Origin: Alkalispirochaeta sp.
GTDB taxonomy: Bacteria > Spirochaetota > Spirochaetia > DSM-27196 > Alkalispirochaetaceae
Direction: 5' to 3'
NCBI GenBank assembly: GCA_965601925.1
Contig: OZ271854.1
Coordinates: 4,480,001-4,544,000, forward strand
DNA: 64,000 nt
The notes beneath the pieces were generated by a model. That model saw only the letters and a list, made by a program, of their open reading frames with translations. It was not told where the DNA came from and searched no databases. Numbering within the stretch: the stretch's first letter is position 1; every line of letters begins with the position of its first letter. A program made the translations under genes and the position numbers. This document shows, one piece after another, positions 48,118 to 61,202 of the stretch.

Positions 48118-49776
48118 ATGCGCACGATTAACGTTATCATCTGCGAAGGCAAGAGCACGTCGCTACCGGTCGGCACGACCGTGGCCGACGCATTACGTGG
48201 ATGCCGCGAGCCGGCGGAAGATACGCCGATGGTCGCGGCGTTCGTCAACAACGAGACGCGTTCTCTCAGTTATCGTCTCGGCATCAACGCCGAAATCGCC
48301 CCGATCTTCCTCGCCACCGCCGAGGGGCAGCGCGTCTATCGGCGCAGTTTGTGCTACGCCCTGGCGATCGCGGCGGATCGCGTCCTTCCTCGGACACGCC
48401 TGTTAGTGGGCCACTCACTCGGAAACGCCTACTACTACTCGTTCGACGACGCGGGCGTGACCGATGCAGCGCTTGCGGGCTTGAGAGATGAGCTCATGCG
48501 CCTCGTGGGAGAGGACCTCCCGATCGAGCGCGACGTGGTGGCGTATAACGATGCGCTGGAGTACTTTGAGCGTCGGCGCATGTACGACGCAGCGTTGTTG
48601 GTAGAGCGCCATAACTACAGTGAGGTACCGGTGTATCGCTGCGGTACCTTCATGGATCTGTCCCACGGCCCACTCGTTCCCCGCACGGGACTGCTCACGA
48701 CGTGGAAGATCGAAGCGTACCAAGACGGCTTTCTCCTGGTGTTTCCATCGACGAGCGACCCGACGGTAGCCGATCCGGGAACGCCGAGTTCCATGCTTTT
48801 TGAAATCTACCGCGAATACAAAGAGTGGGGACGCGTACTCGGCATTTCATCCACCGGACAGCTCAATCGCTTGACCGAACGCGGCGAGATAAAGGAGTTC
48901 ATTCGCGTCGCCGAGGCGTTACATAACAAGAAGATCGCGAACATCGCCGACCGTATCGGAGAATCCGGAGAGAGCGAGAAGGCGGTACTGATCGCCGGTC
49001 CCTCGTCGTCCGGAAAGACGACGTTTACCAAAAAGTTGGCCGTGCAATTACGGGTCCTGGGGTACACGCCGATCATGATATCCCTGGACGACTACTTCGT
49101 CGCCAGAGAGCACACTCCCCGAGACGCCGACGGCAACTACGACTTCGAGAGTATTGAGGCGATCGACTTAAAGCTTCTCAACGACCATCTCGTCGGACTA
49201 TTCGACGGCGAGGAGATCGAGATACCGAGCTTCAACTTCAAGACCGGACAACCGGAGTATCGCGGGAACCGTCTACGCATTCCGCCGCGCGGAGTTGTGC
49301 TCATGGAGGGCATTCACGGCCTCAACGACCGGCTCACCGCCCGTATCGGCCGCGAGCGCAAGTTCAAAATTTACGTGTCGGCGCTGACACAGCTCAACTT
49401 GGACGACCACAATCGCATCAGCACCACCGATAATCGCCTTATCCGCCGCATTGTGCGCGACCACCAGTTTCGCGGTCATAGCGCGGTGGCGACGCTCGGC
49501 ATGTGGCCGTCGGTTCGACGCGGCGAGAACCTCAACATATTTCCGTTTCAGGACTCGGTCGACGCCGCGTTCAACACCGCGCTGGATTATGAGCTGGGAG
49601 TGTTACGCAACTACGCCGAGCCGCTCCTCCGGCACGTCAAACCGAAAGATGCGGTGTATCACGAGGCGGTGCGCCTTCAGACCTTCTTGCGAAACTTTAC
49701 GGCTATTCCCGCGAAACTCGTTCCCGACGAATCGATCCTGAGGGAGTTCATCGGCGACAGCGGCTTTCACTATTGA
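48118..49776 (+). CDS. nucleoside (uridine) kinase fused to ThrRS-like N-terminal domains
   Basis: TGS/ThrRS-N-like start; IAGPSSSGKTT, SLDDYF, EGIHGLN, RRIVRD. Confidence 0.85.
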   Translation: MRTINVIICEGKSTSLPVGTTVADALRGCREPAEDTPMVAAFVNNETRSLSYRLGINAEIAPIFLATAEGQRVYRRSLCYALAIAADRVLPRTRLLVGHSLGNAYYYSFDDAGVTDAALAGLRDELMRLVGEDLPIERDVVAYNDALEYFERRRMYDAALLVERHNYSEVPVYRCGTFMDLSHGPLVPRTGLLTTWKIEAYQDGFLLVFPSTSDPTVADPGTPSSMLFEIYREYKEWGRVLGISSTGQLNRLTERGEIKEFIRVAEALHNKKIANIADRIGESGESEKAVLIAGPSSSGKTTFTKKLAVQLRVLGYTPIMISLDDYFVAREHTPRDADGNYDFESIEAIDLKLLNDHLVGLFDGEEIEIPSFNFKTGQPEYRGNRLRIPPRGVVLMEGIHGLNDRLTARIGRERKFKIYVSALTQLNLDDHNRISTTDNRLIRRIVRDHQFRGHSAVATLGMWPSVRRGENLNIFPFQDSVDAAFNTALDYELGVLRNYAEPLLRHVKPKDAVYHEAVRLQTFLRNFTAIPAKLVPDESILREFIGDSGFHY

Positions 49777-50510
49777 GCCTCTCGGTTCGTCGCCCCCAAC
49801 GCCAGACCGCGTTGCATCATCGCCCCGGCATCCCACTCGCCCCAGTGGGCCGGAAGCGTTCGTTCGTCCCGCAGCCTCGCGAGGGTGCGAAGGAAGTGGG
49901 AGCGCGGAATATCCTCGGCGCCGAAACTCGCGAGATAGTCGGTATGCGACTGACAATCGAGCGTCGTCAGCTCCCACGCGTCCAAGAGCCCGACCAGTGC
50001 GATGAGCGCCAGCTTGCTTGCGTCGCGTGCGCGTGAAAACATCGACTCGCCGGCAAAGAGCGCGCCGACCGCAACGCCGTACAATCCGCCGACGAGCCTC
50101 GTCCCGTCCCATACCTCGACGGAGTGGGCGTGCCCCAGGCGATGCAGTTCGCAGTATGCCTCCTCCATTTCGGCCGTGATCCAAGTTCCCGTGTCGTCGG
50201 ACAGCCGCGTAGCGCGACAGGCGTGAATCACCTCGCCGAAAGCGCGGTCGAAGGTCGCGGAAAACGGACTACCGCGTACGGTCCGCCGAAGTCGCGAGGG
50301 GACGCGAAAACGATCGAGCTGAAGCACGAAGCGTGGATCGGGAGAAAACCAGAGAATGGGAGGCTCTTCGTACCACGGGAAGATTCCCTGCTCGTACGCC
50401 GAGAGAAGCACTCCGGGGGAGAGATTCCCCCCCTGTGCAACCACCCCCCACGGGTTGGCCTGCTCGGGAGGGGGGAAGCGAATGCGCATCGCCTGATCGA
50501 AGTAGTCCAT
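49770..50510 (-). CDS. aat: leucyl/phenylalanyl-tRNA--protein transferase
   Basis: GGNLSP, AYEQGIFPW, WFSPDPR, HSVEVW, GESMFS, ASK, DCQ. Confidence 0.95.
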   Translation of the reverse strand: MDYFDQAMRIRFPPPEQANPWGVVAQGGNLSPGVLLSAYEQGIFPWYEEPPILWFSPDPRFVLQLDRFRVPSRLRRTVRGSPFSATFDRAFGEVIHACRATRLSDDTGTWITAEMEEAYCELHRLGHAHSVEVWDGTRLVGGLYGVAVGALFAGESMFSRARDASKLALIALVGLLDAWELTTLDCQSHTDYLASFGAEDIPRSHFLRTLARLRDERTLPAHWGEWDAGAMMQRGLALGATNREAQ

Positions 50511-50545
50511 CGTGCGAAGGCGGTCGGGCCGGAAGAGCGGGGTGC

Positions 50546-52990
<2,445 letters not shown>

Positions 52991-52994
52991 AATG

Positions 52995-53315
52995 TTACGG
53001 TGCCTCCTCGAGCGTACACTTGAGAGGATATCCGTGGCGCTTGGCCATCTTACGTGTCTGATCGACCTTGGTCGCGCCTATATCGTACGGGTAGAGCCCT
53101 ACCAGCCCTCTCCCCTTCTTATGTACACTCATCATAATCGCATGTGCTTCTACCGGTGATTTGTAGAAGATCTTTTTTAACACCTCGACCACGAACTCCA
53201 TCGTCGTGTAGTCGTCGTTGTGCAGAACAACCTGATACTTCTTGGGCTCTTGCACCTTCCTTCGTGTCTTTTGTTTGAGTTGTTCCCCTCCGCCGGGAAC
53301 CATCGGTCCGCTCAT
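52995..53315 (-). CDS. clpS: Clp protease adaptor ClpS
   Basis: YQVVLHNDDYTTMEFVV, VHKKG, YPLKC. Start ATG 53315. Confidence 0.95.
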   Translation of the reverse strand: MSGPMVPGGGEQLKQKTRRKVQEPKKYQVVLHNDDYTTMEFVVEVLKKIFYKSPVEAHAIMMSVHKKGRGLVGLYPYDIGATKVDQTRKMAKRHGYPLKCTLEEAP

Positions 53316-53349
53316 ATCATGTAGAAGGTATTTCAAAAGGAAGCAAACG

Positions 53350-55434
53350 TCACTCGGGAGGGAAAAATCCAAGCTCGTCGCGTCCGCTGCGTACGAACAG
53401 TCGCGCCTCCACGGAGACGTCGATGTATCGTCGCCCGAAATCGGGATCCTGCATGGAGTCGAAGACGAGCCAATACCGCCCGCTCGGCGACGAAAGAAAG
53501 TCGGCTAACAGCGGCTCGAGCCCTTCGGGCTCGTAGAGAAACCGCACCGTACCGCCGGTCACCTCGACCAGATAATCGAGCTCGGCATCGGGCGTTCCGG
53601 GCCGCACGAGGACGAGGTGCAGCCGGATGCCGTTGTTCACCAAGAACGCCGCGAGTTCCTGCACGCCATACTCACGGAACGCGCGGTCGCCGAGGCGGCC
53701 GTCGCCCACGACGACGAGATTGCGTCTGAGGCCCCGTTCCAAGAGCTGCGCGGCACCAATGCGAATTCCCTCGTCGAGTCGAACTTCAGCGGGTGCTGCA
53801 AGGTCGTCACCGACGATCGACGAGCGCGCTGCGGCCGAAGAGAAACGTTCCGGCGAGGCGGGACGAGAGAGCAACAACTCGGTTTGCGCGCCGGCGCGAT
53901 AGAGCCACAATGAGTCGTCGGAGCCGCTGAGCTCGGCGAGATCTCCGACGGCGCGAGCGGCATCTACCGCATAGGTTTGACTCGAATGCGGCTGTAGAAG
54001 TATGACCGTATCGAGGCGCTGCGTTCGTTGGCCTCCCGATTCGATTGTCGCGTCGGGTCGCGGCACGCCGCGCTCGGAGACGATGAAGTTTTCTCGCTCG
54101 AGGCCGACCACCGGCGCGCCGTCGCGGTCGTGTACCGCCACCTGAAGCGCCACCCGGGGAAAATCCCGCGCAATGATCCGTTCGACCCGCACGTCGAGTC
54201 CGCTATACAGCGTACCCTCCGGCTCGAACACGCCTATTTCGTCGCTATCGAAATCGCTCACCAGTACGCGACCGTTGACGTCCAGTGTCGCCGAGCTGAC
54301 GCGCCGACGCTCCCCGTCGGTCACGACGGTCTCCACCGTCTCATTAAACGGGTCGAAGACGAGGACGCGATTCCCGGTCGCAATGAGCAGGCGATCGTCT
54401 CCGTACCAGTTAATATCTTCCAGAACGGCGCCGCTGATGCTGTCCGGAGACGCGTCGTCGCTATTCACGGGTAGGTCGATCCTCCGCCTATGGTTGCCGC
54501 TCTCGTCAAAGACGTGGAGCGCGACACCCTCCCCGTCGGCGTCGGCGACGTACACGAGCCCGCCCCGAGCCGCGACGCCGGTCGGTCGCTCCAGACCGGT
54601 GAAAAGGGGACCCGATGAGCCGAAGGAGAGCACGAAGGCACCGTCGCGGTCGAACTTGCTGATCCGGCGGTTACCCCACTCCGAGACGTAGACGAACTCG
54701 TCGTCCACCGAGAGATACTGCGGCCCCAAAAGCTCGCCCTCGCCGAGCCCGGTCGCGCCGAAGGTACGCACCTTGTTACCCCGCTCGTCGAGCACCGCGA
54801 CGCGATCGGCGCCGAACTCGCTTACGAACAACTCTCCATCGCGCCACGCGACGTCGAAGGGTTGGTCGAGTCCTTCGATCCCGCCTTGTAACCGTCGTAC
54901 GATTCTCCCGTTGGGGCCGATGCGCAGCACCTCCTGCGTGCCGAGGGAGACGGCAAAGATGTCGCCGTTGGGTTCGGCTTCGAGCCCGACGGGGCGCCGA
55001 AAGAGCCGAGCCTCGCCTTGGAGTCCGGACAGGAGCTGGGAGCGTACCAAGGTGAGATTCTCGTCCACAAAGGGAAGCAGTCCCTGTCGATATCGCAGCG
55101 TCTCCAGACGCGAGAGAAGATACGCCCCCACGGTGCCGGTCTCCGCGACGATATCCCATTCGGCAACCGCCGCGTCCTCGAATCCGCTGCGAAAATAGGC
55201 TCTCCCGAGCCACTCGCGGGAGAGAATGTCCTCGGGAGCGAACGCGAGTGCCCTGTTGAACGCCACGATCGCATCGTTGAAACGGGCGGCGTGGTATGCC
55301 TGTACGCCCCATCGAAACTCCTCGCGAGCCTGGGCGGCGTCCATGTCGATCGTCTGCGCCGCCACGACGGCGCCAGCGAGTATGAAGCCGAGGAGCGCGA
55401 TGGAACGCCGACCGCGCCGCGCTGCGAAGCTCAT
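53350..55434 (-). CDS. exported TPR + NHL beta-propeller + vWA-like protein
   Basis: Signal peptide, TPR (EWLGRAYFRSG), NHL repeats (VSEWGNRRISKFD), vWA-like C-terminus. Confidence 0.75.
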   Translation of the reverse strand: MSFAARRGRRSIALLGFILAGAVVAAQTIDMDAAQAREEFRWGVQAYHAARFNDAIVAFNRALAFAPEDILSREWLGRAYFRSGFEDAAVAEWDIVAETGTVGAYLLSRLETLRYRQGLLPFVDENLTLVRSQLLSGLQGEARLFRRPVGLEAEPNGDIFAVSLGTQEVLRIGPNGRIVRRLQGGIEGLDQPFDVAWRDGELFVSEFGADRVAVLDERGNKVRTFGATGLGEGELLGPQYLSVDDEFVYVSEWGNRRISKFDRDGAFVLSFGSSGPLFTGLERPTGVAARGGLVYVADADGEGVALHVFDESGNHRRRIDLPVNSDDASPDSISGAVLEDINWYGDDRLLIATGNRVLVFDPFNETVETVVTDGERRRVSSATLDVNGRVLVSDFDSDEIGVFEPEGTLYSGLDVRVERIIARDFPRVALQVAVHDRDGAPVVGLERENFIVSERGVPRPDATIESGGQRTQRLDTVILLQPHSSQTYAVDAARAVGDLAELSGSDDSLWLYRAGAQTELLLSRPASPERFSSAAARSSIVGDDLAAPAEVRLDEGIRIGAAQLLERGLRRNLVVVGDGRLGDRAFREYGVQELAAFLVNNGIRLHLVLVRPGTPDAELDYLVEVTGGTVRFLYEPEGLEPLLADFLSSPSGRYWLVFDSMQDPDFGRRYIDVSVEARLFVRSGRDELGFFPPE

Positions 55435-56099
55435 ACCCGTACTCCCGCCGATCGAAGAAGTTCTTTGTAGTGACCTACAATCTCTTGTCGTCCCTGAGAG
55501 AGGCGAACGGCCTGTTCGTAGTATTCTTTGGACCGCTGCAAATTGCCCAAGCGACGGTGAACCAATGCGAGCGAATCGAGGTACGACGCGTTTTGCGGAA
55601 AGAGCGACGTTGCGCGTTCGCAGTACCGAAGCGCCGCATCGAGATTGATAGTGTTCTCCGCGAGAATAAATCCGAGAGAGTTGAGCGCGTTTGCGTTTTC
55701 CGGATCTATTTTGAGCGCTTTCTCGAGGTTGGCGATCGCCGGGGCGATTTTGCCCTGAGCGTGGACCGTATAGGCGAGCGCGGCGTACACCTTTGCCGAC
55801 TCGTATCCGTCCTCGAGAAGTCGATTGAGCTCGAACTCCGCCAGACGATAGCGCGCGCTGATCGCGTAGATGTACCCCATGATCATACGGCTCTGGTAGA
55901 TGTGCAGAAATCCGATATCGGAGTTGACCACCTGCTCCAAATAGAGCAACGCCTCATCGTGCTTCCCCATGTGGGTGTAACACAATCCTAAGTAGTAGCT
56001 CAGAGTCGCCTGATCTTCCTCGGAAGCGTGAATCGTGAGGAACACTTCCAACGCTTCCCGATATCGTCTTTGTCTGTAGAGCCTGATCCCTTCGTTCAT
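55431..56099 (-). CDS. TPR-repeat protein
   Basis: YYLGLCY, NANALNSLGFIL, YLDSLA. Start ATG 56099. Confidence 0.8.
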   Translation of the reverse strand: MNEGIRLYRQRRYREALEVFLTIHASEEDQATLSYYLGLCYTHMGKHDEALLYLEQVVNSDIGFLHIYQSRMIMGYIYAISARYRLAEFELNRLLEDGYESAKVYAALAYTVHAQGKIAPAIANLEKALKIDPENANALNSLGFILAENTINLDAALRYCERATSLFPQNASYLDSLALVHRRLGNLQRSKEYYEQAVRLSQGRQEIVGHYKELLRSAGVRV

Positions 56100-56101
56100 C
56101 G

Positions 56102-56842
56102 CTACCGTACGAAAGATGAGCTCCGATAATGCTCCTCTACCGTATGATTGATCGGATTGAGCATAATCGGACTCACCGAAATTCGCCCCTCCTCGACCGC
56201 GTGCCAATCGGTGCCCGCCTCCAGCGTCGTGGCGGCCGGCTTGCCGTCTACAAAATAGTAGGTTCCACCCCGAGGCGGTTCAAAGGGTAGAAGCGTGTCG
56301 TCATAGCGGCGCATTGACGGAGTCGTTATCGATACACCCAGCGGCTCGCCGAGATTGGGAGCGTTCACATTGATGAAATGGTCGCCGTTCCAGAGCGCGA
56401 TTAACTCGTTCACATTCTCGTGGACGAATCGCGCAACGGGCTCGAAATGGAGCGGCGCGTGAAACGAGTTGAGAGAGACCGCGATACCGGGAATTTCGCG
56501 ATAGGCGGCTTGCCGCGCTGCGGCGCACGTACCCGAGTAAATGATATCGGAGCCGAGATTTGGACCGATGTTGATGCCCGAAACGACCAAATCGGGCATG
56601 ACCGGAATCGCGCCCCGGGTCGCCAGAATGACGCAATCGGCCGGAGTGCCGCTCGAGGCGTAGGTACGCTCCGCGACTTGGGTACACCGTATCGGTTCGG
56701 AAATCGTAATACTGTTGGAAAACCCGCTCCGTTCACCGTCTGGGGCGAGAATCCAAACGTCGTGATCCTTGGAAAACTCCTCTTCCAGAGCTTTCAATCC
56801 GGGGCTATATATTCCGTCGTCGTTCGTCAAAAGAATGGTCAC
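56102..56842 (-). CDS. surE: 5'/3'-nucleotidase SurE
   Basis: ILLTNDDG, GTPADCV, SGINIGPN, YSGT. Start GTG 56842. Confidence 0.95.
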   Translation of the reverse strand: MTILLTNDDGIYSPGLKALEEEFSKDHDVWILAPDGERSGFSNSITISEPIRCTQVAERTYASSGTPADCVILATRGAIPVMPDLVVSGINIGPNLGSDIIYSGTCAAARQAAYREIPGIAVSLNSFHAPLHFEPVARFVHENVNELIALWNGDHFINVNAPNLGEPLGVSITTPSMRRYDDTLLPFEPPRGGTYYFVDGKPAATTLEAGTDWHAVEEGRISVSPIMLNPINHTVEEHYRSSSFVR

Positions 56843-56848
56843 GCCCCG

Positions 56849-56920
56849 ACTGTAGCACCGAGAAATGGGCGTGTCAAAGGTCGAGCGAGCATACACATTC
56901 GCACGTCTGTAGGGTATCAT
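56849..56920. promoter_or_regulatory. divergent surE/lnt promoters (both leaderless geometry)
   Basis: Minus strand: TTGACA-N17-TACAGT, 6 nt before the GTG of surE. Plus strand: TATCAT, 7 nt before the GTG of lnt. Confidence 0.6.
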
Positions 56921-56927
56921 CGCGCAC

Positions 56928-58595
56928 GTGAACCTCCTACTGACCCTCGCATCGGCGGTAGTCCTGGCCGCCTCGCTTCCCAATGAGTTATTTCCGTGGG
57001 GAGTAACGCTGACGGGACTGGTATCGCTGGCACCGATACTCCTCGTCGTGTATCGCGCGCCGGACCGACGTAGCGCCTGTCGATGGGGTGCTCTTTTCGG
57101 CGCCGTAAGCACCGCGTTGGCCAACTATTGGCTCGCATTCTTCGGTGATTTTGCGGTATGGACGATCGGTGGCCCGATTATCGGATACACGGTGTACAAC
57201 TACATCTTGTTCGGATTTCTCTACGCTATCGTACACCCGACCGCGGCGCGCTACGAGCCGCGTCTCCTCATAGCGGCGAGCCGTCGCGATATGCGCCCGT
57301 TGAAGATCGCCGTCGCGTGGACCGGATATGAGTTACTGAAGTCCGTCGGATTTCTCGGATATCCGTGGGGCCTCATCGCCTATCCGTTGGCCCGCTGGAA
57401 TGCGGTGGCGCAGATCGCCGAGTTGGGCGGCGTGTGGGGCCTCTCATTTCTCGCCGCATACACGAACGCCGCGGTGGCCGAAATCGTCGCCGCACGGGAC
57501 ACCCCGCATGGTGCGGATCCCCGGGAGCGGCTCGCGGCGGTCGGTCGCATAGTTCGTAAACGCGAACGAGGCCTGAACGGAGCGGCGCCCGACACACACG
57601 GCATACTTCATCTCGCGGCCTCGGTCCTCCTCATCGTGTCGGCCGGTGTGTTCGGTGTGTCGCGGTTGTCGCGTATCGAGCCGGTGGATACGATCGATCT
57701 CGTCCTGGTACAACAGAATACCGACAGTTGGCTTCCCGGCCGCTTCGCCGACGCCCTCGAGACGGCCCAGCGACTCACACTCTCTGCGCTTGCCGAGAGT
57801 GAACGATACCCCGAGGCGGTGGTGTGGAGCGAGACGGCCCTACGACGTCCCTATGCGGGGCCGAGCGAGTTCTACCGTACGACACCGCCCGACCTGCCCT
57901 TCACCGATTTTCTCTCGCTGGTGAACCTACCTCTCGTCACCGGTGCACCGATGCCGGCGGGCATAGGCAGCACGGACGCCCTTAACAGCGCCATCGTGAT
58001 CGAGCCGTCGGGCGAGCTCACGGGAATGTACGGCAAGCAGCAACTGGTACCGTTTGCCGAATCGATTCCGTTCTGGGATCGTCCGGTGGTGCAACGGTTC
58101 TTTCGGGAGGTCGTCGGGCTCCACGGAACGTGGGTTCCCGGCAGAGAGAGCTCGCTGCTTACGGTTCGTCGCGCCGACGGCACGACGCTGCTGATCGGGA
58201 CGCCGATCTGTTTTGAGGATGCCTTCGGCTGGGTACCCAGAGAGATGACGCGGCGCGGCGCGCACCTTCTGGTAAACCTGACGAACAACTCCTGGAGCCG
58301 CCAAAACTCGGCGCAAACGCAACATTTCGTCGCGGCCCGCCTGCGAACGATCGAGTTGCGGACCAGCTTGGTACGGGGCACGAACAGCGGGTTGTCGACG
58401 GTCGTTGATGCCCGCGGCGTCGAGTCGCAGAGCTTGCCGATGTTCGAGAGCACCTCGTCGGTGATCACCGTTCCGCTATATGCGACTCACCGGACGCTCT
58501 ACTCCGCATGGGGAGACTGGCTCGGGTGGGTAGCGGTCATACTGACGTTTGGAGGCGTGATACGAGGCGCCTTCGTTCGCAAGCGCGCTCGCTAA
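56928..58595 (+). CDS. lnt: apolipoprotein N-acyltransferase (paralog 1)
   Basis: GYPWG, WSETA, YGKQQLVPFAE, ICFED, TNNSW, NSGLS. Confidence 0.92.
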   Translation: MNLLLTLASAVVLAASLPNELFPWGVTLTGLVSLAPILLVVYRAPDRRSACRWGALFGAVSTALANYWLAFFGDFAVWTIGGPIIGYTVYNYILFGFLYAIVHPTAARYEPRLLIAASRRDMRPLKIAVAWTGYELLKSVGFLGYPWGLIAYPLARWNAVAQIAELGGVWGLSFLAAYTNAAVAEIVAARDTPHGADPRERLAAVGRIVRKRERGLNGAAPDTHGILHLAASVLLIVSAGVFGVSRLSRIEPVDTIDLVLVQQNTDSWLPGRFADALETAQRLTLSALAESERYPEAVVWSETALRRPYAGPSEFYRTTPPDLPFTDFLSLVNLPLVTGAPMPAGIGSTDALNSAIVIEPSGELTGMYGKQQLVPFAESIPFWDRPVVQRFFREVVGLHGTWVPGRESSLLTVRRADGTTLLIGTPICFEDAFGWVPREMTRRGAHLLVNLTNNSWSRQNSAQTQHFVAARLRTIELRTSLVRGTNSGLSTVVDARGVESQSLPMFESTSSVITVPLYATHRTLYSAWGDWLGWVAVILTFGGVIRGAFVRKRAR

Positions 58596-58608
58596 AGGGG
58601 TGGGACCC

Positions 58609-58638
58609 AAAAAAAAGCCGCCGAAAGAATCGGCGGCT
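58609..58638 (-). terminator. intrinsic terminator after rho-rpmE
   Basis: AGCCGCCGA-TTCTT-TCGGCGGCT followed by T7 on the minus strand. Confidence 0.85.
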
Positions 58639-58646
58639 CGGTTCGA

Positions 58647-58892
58647 CTAACCCTTGATATTGTACTTGCGGCGGAATCGCTCGACACGACCTGCGGTGTC
58701 GACGAGTTTCTGCTTTCCGGTATAGAAGGGGTGCGACGCGCTGGAAATCTCAACGTCGAACAGCGGATACTCGTTGCCGTCGGTGTATTTGACCGTCTGC
58801 TTCGTCGCGACGGTGCTCTGGGTCAGAAACATGGTACCACTCGCGGTATCGCGAAACACCACGGGACGATAGTCCGGATGGATGTCTTTCAT
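58647..58892 (-). CDS. rpmE: 50S ribosomal protein L31, type B (Zn-free)
   Basis: [34 protein letters not shown]; no Cys; SD GGAGGAG. Confidence 0.95.
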   Translation of the reverse strand: MKDIHPDYRPVVFRDTASGTMFLTQSTVATKQTVKYTDGNEYPLFDVEISSASHPFYTGKQKLVDTAGRVERFRRKYNIKG

Positions 58893-58908
58893 AATCTCCT
58901 CCACGTGC

Positions 58909-60498
58909 TCAGTCGGCGCTCGATGTATTCATAGACTGCAAGAAGTCGGCATTATTCCGACTCTTGCTCATTCTGTCAAGGAGCAGCTCGATGATCTCCA
59001 CGTCGTCCATCGGATTGACGACCTTGCGCAGCACCCACATTTTACGCAGCTCCTCTGACATCAACAAGAGATCCTCTCGCCGCGTGCCCGATTTTTTGAT
59101 GTTAATGGCGGGGAAGATGCGCCGGTCGGATAGGCGCCGGTCGAGGTTGATCTCCATATTGCCGGTACCCTTGAACTCCTCGAAGATGACCTCGTCCATG
59201 CGGCTTCCGGTCTCGATGAGCGCCGTAGCGACGATCGTTAAGCTACCGCCGTCCTCGATATTGCGCGCCGCGCCGAAGAAACGCTTGGGTTTGTGCAGCG
59301 CGTTGGAGTCGACACCGCCGGAGAGAATCTTACCGGACGTCGGTACCGTTTGGTTATAGGCGCGCGCGAGACGCGTGATCGAGTCGAGGAGAATTACCAC
59401 GTCTTTGCGATGCTCAACCAATCGCCGACTCTTCTCCAGGACCATCTCCGCCACTTGAACGTGACGCTGCGCCTGCTCATCGAAGGTTGAGGCGATCACC
59501 TCCGCCTTAACGTTGCGCTCCATATCGGTGACCTCCTCGGGCCGCTCGTCGATAAGAAGGACGATGAGATAGACCTCGGGATGGTTCTCGGTAATCGCAT
59601 TGGCAATCTTCTGCAGGAGAATCGTCTTACCGGTTCGCGGCGGCGAGACGATCAGACCGCGCTGCCCCTTACCGATCGGACAAAAGAGATTGATCATGCG
59701 CGTCGACGGATCGCCGCTCTTGGTCTCCATATCCAAACGGTGATCGGGATATAGCGGCGTCAAATTGTCAAACGGAATCCGCGTCTGGGCGACCGTCGGA
59801 TGGTCGAAGTTAACGCTCTCTACCCGCAGCATGGCGAAAAATCGTTCACCCTCTTTGGGCGGCCGTATTTGACCGTAGACCGTGTCACCCGTCTTCAGGT
59901 TGAAGAGACGAATCTGAGACGGCGAAATGTAGATATCGTCGGGCCCTGAAAGGTACGAGTTTTGCGGGCTGCGCAGAAAGCCGTACCCGTCGGGAAGAAT
60001 CTCCAGAGAGCCGTAGGCGTAAATCGTCCCGTTGCGTTCGGTGTGGGCCTTGAGGATCGCAAAAATCACCTCTTGCTTCTTCAGCGAGAGGAGATTTTCC
60101 GTTGCGATACCCATATCGGCGGCGAGCTCACGCAGACGCTTCATGCTCATGATGGTGAGCTCGTTGATGCTCAGACTCTTGTCGTCCTTCAGATGGGAAA
60201 AATCGATGGAAACCGAGCCGTCTTCGCCCGCGGGCTGCTTCTTGTCTCCGTCGGGGGCGCCGCCGCGACGATCGGCGACGGCGGTCGTTTGACGGTTGCC
60301 GTTACGATCGCCGGCGGCATCGCCGTCCTTTACCAACGCGACGCGGACGCGCTTCTTCTTGGGAGCACGCCACCCCGGAGGACGGGTCTTTCCCGACTCA
60401 GTTTTTCCCGTATTGGTAGTTCCCGTTTCGGGAGTACCATTATTGCTACTTTTGTCCGTGTTGTTCTCGGTGGCTTGCTGTTCACCATTATCTGACAT
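58909..60498 (-). CDS. rho: transcription termination factor Rho
   Basis: [48 protein letters not shown]; low-complexity N-terminal extension. Confidence 0.97.
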   Translation of the reverse strand: MSDNGEQQATENNTDKSSNNGTPETGTTNTGKTESGKTRPPGWRAPKKKRVRVALVKDGDAAGDRNGNRQTTAVADRRGGAPDGDKKQPAGEDGSVSIDFSHLKDDKSLSINELTIMSMKRLRELAADMGIATENLLSLKKQEVIFAILKAHTERNGTIYAYGSLEILPDGYGFLRSPQNSYLSGPDDIYISPSQIRLFNLKTGDTVYGQIRPPKEGERFFAMLRVESVNFDHPTVAQTRIPFDNLTPLYPDHRLDMETKSGDPSTRMINLFCPIGKGQRGLIVSPPRTGKTILLQKIANAITENHPEVYLIVLLIDERPEEVTDMERNVKAEVIASTFDEQAQRHVQVAEMVLEKSRRLVEHRKDVVILLDSITRLARAYNQTVPTSGKILSGGVDSNALHKPKRFFGAARNIEDGGSLTIVATALIETGSRMDEVIFEEFKGTGNMEINLDRRLSDRRIFPAINIKKSGTRREDLLLMSEELRKMWVLRKVVNPMDDVEIIELLLDRMSKSRNNADFLQSMNTSSAD

Positions 60499-60611
60499 GG
60501 ATGACTCCAGAATGAGTGTGGCCTCAGGACCGGTTTATTTATTTAGAACGGGCTGCGTAAGCCGAAGAGAGCTATACAACTATCTTGGTCACGTTTGTTT
60601 GCAGGACCCTA

Positions 60612-60640
60612 ACTATATCTTTCCGTCAAAGTACTGTCAA
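60612..60640 (-). promoter_or_regulatory. sigma70 promoter of rho with upstream A/T-rich tract
   Basis: TTGACA-N17-TATAGT; leader of about 105 nt. Confidence 0.75.
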
Positions 60641-60742
60641 GCGCAAGTGCCGGACAATAAAAAAAGCAGAACTAATACAAAAAAATGCTTTGAGGTGCGC
60701 GATCCGCCGACGTATCCGAACCGACGCACCGCGCTGCGGGCC

Positions 60743-61189
60743 TCACGATCCGCCTTCATGCCCGGCGCTCATCTCGATGGCGGGATTCGCCTGACGCCGC
60801 AGTTGATCGAGGGGCGCCGAAAAGACGTCCAGCGACTCACCGTTGCGCAGCATCTCGCACCGCCCTTCGAAGACGACGCCGTCGGCGATGCGTACGCGAC
60901 CCGCCCGTACGTTACCGTGCACGACGCAGCCCGGAAGCATCTCGACCTCTTCGGGCGCCTCGATATTCCCGTGGACGGTCCCGCCGACGATGATTCGTCG
61001 AGCGCGAACGTTTGCGTTTACTCGTGCACCGTCTTGGATGTAGAGGAACCCTTCGGCCTCTATCTCGCCCTCGTACTCTCCGCTTACCGTAACCGATCCC
61101 TTGAAACGCAACGTTCCCGAGAAACGCGTTCCCGACCCGAGTCGGCTGTCGGTCTGCTCGATCGATCGAGGATCAATGTGATACGCCAT
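60743..61189 (-). CDS. bactofilin (polymer-forming cytoskeletal protein)
   Basis: LGSGTRFSGTL...GTVHGNI...VHGNV...IADGVVFEGRCEM. Confidence 0.9.
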   Translation of the reverse strand: MAYHIDPRSIEQTDSRLGSGTRFSGTLRFKGSVTVSGEYEGEIEAEGFLYIQDGARVNANVRARRIIVGGTVHGNIEAPEEVEMLPGCVVHGNVRAGRVRIADGVVFEGRCEMLRNGESLDVFSAPLDQLRRQANPAIEMSAGHEGGS

Positions 61190-61202
61190 GCGTCTTTACG
61201 CC

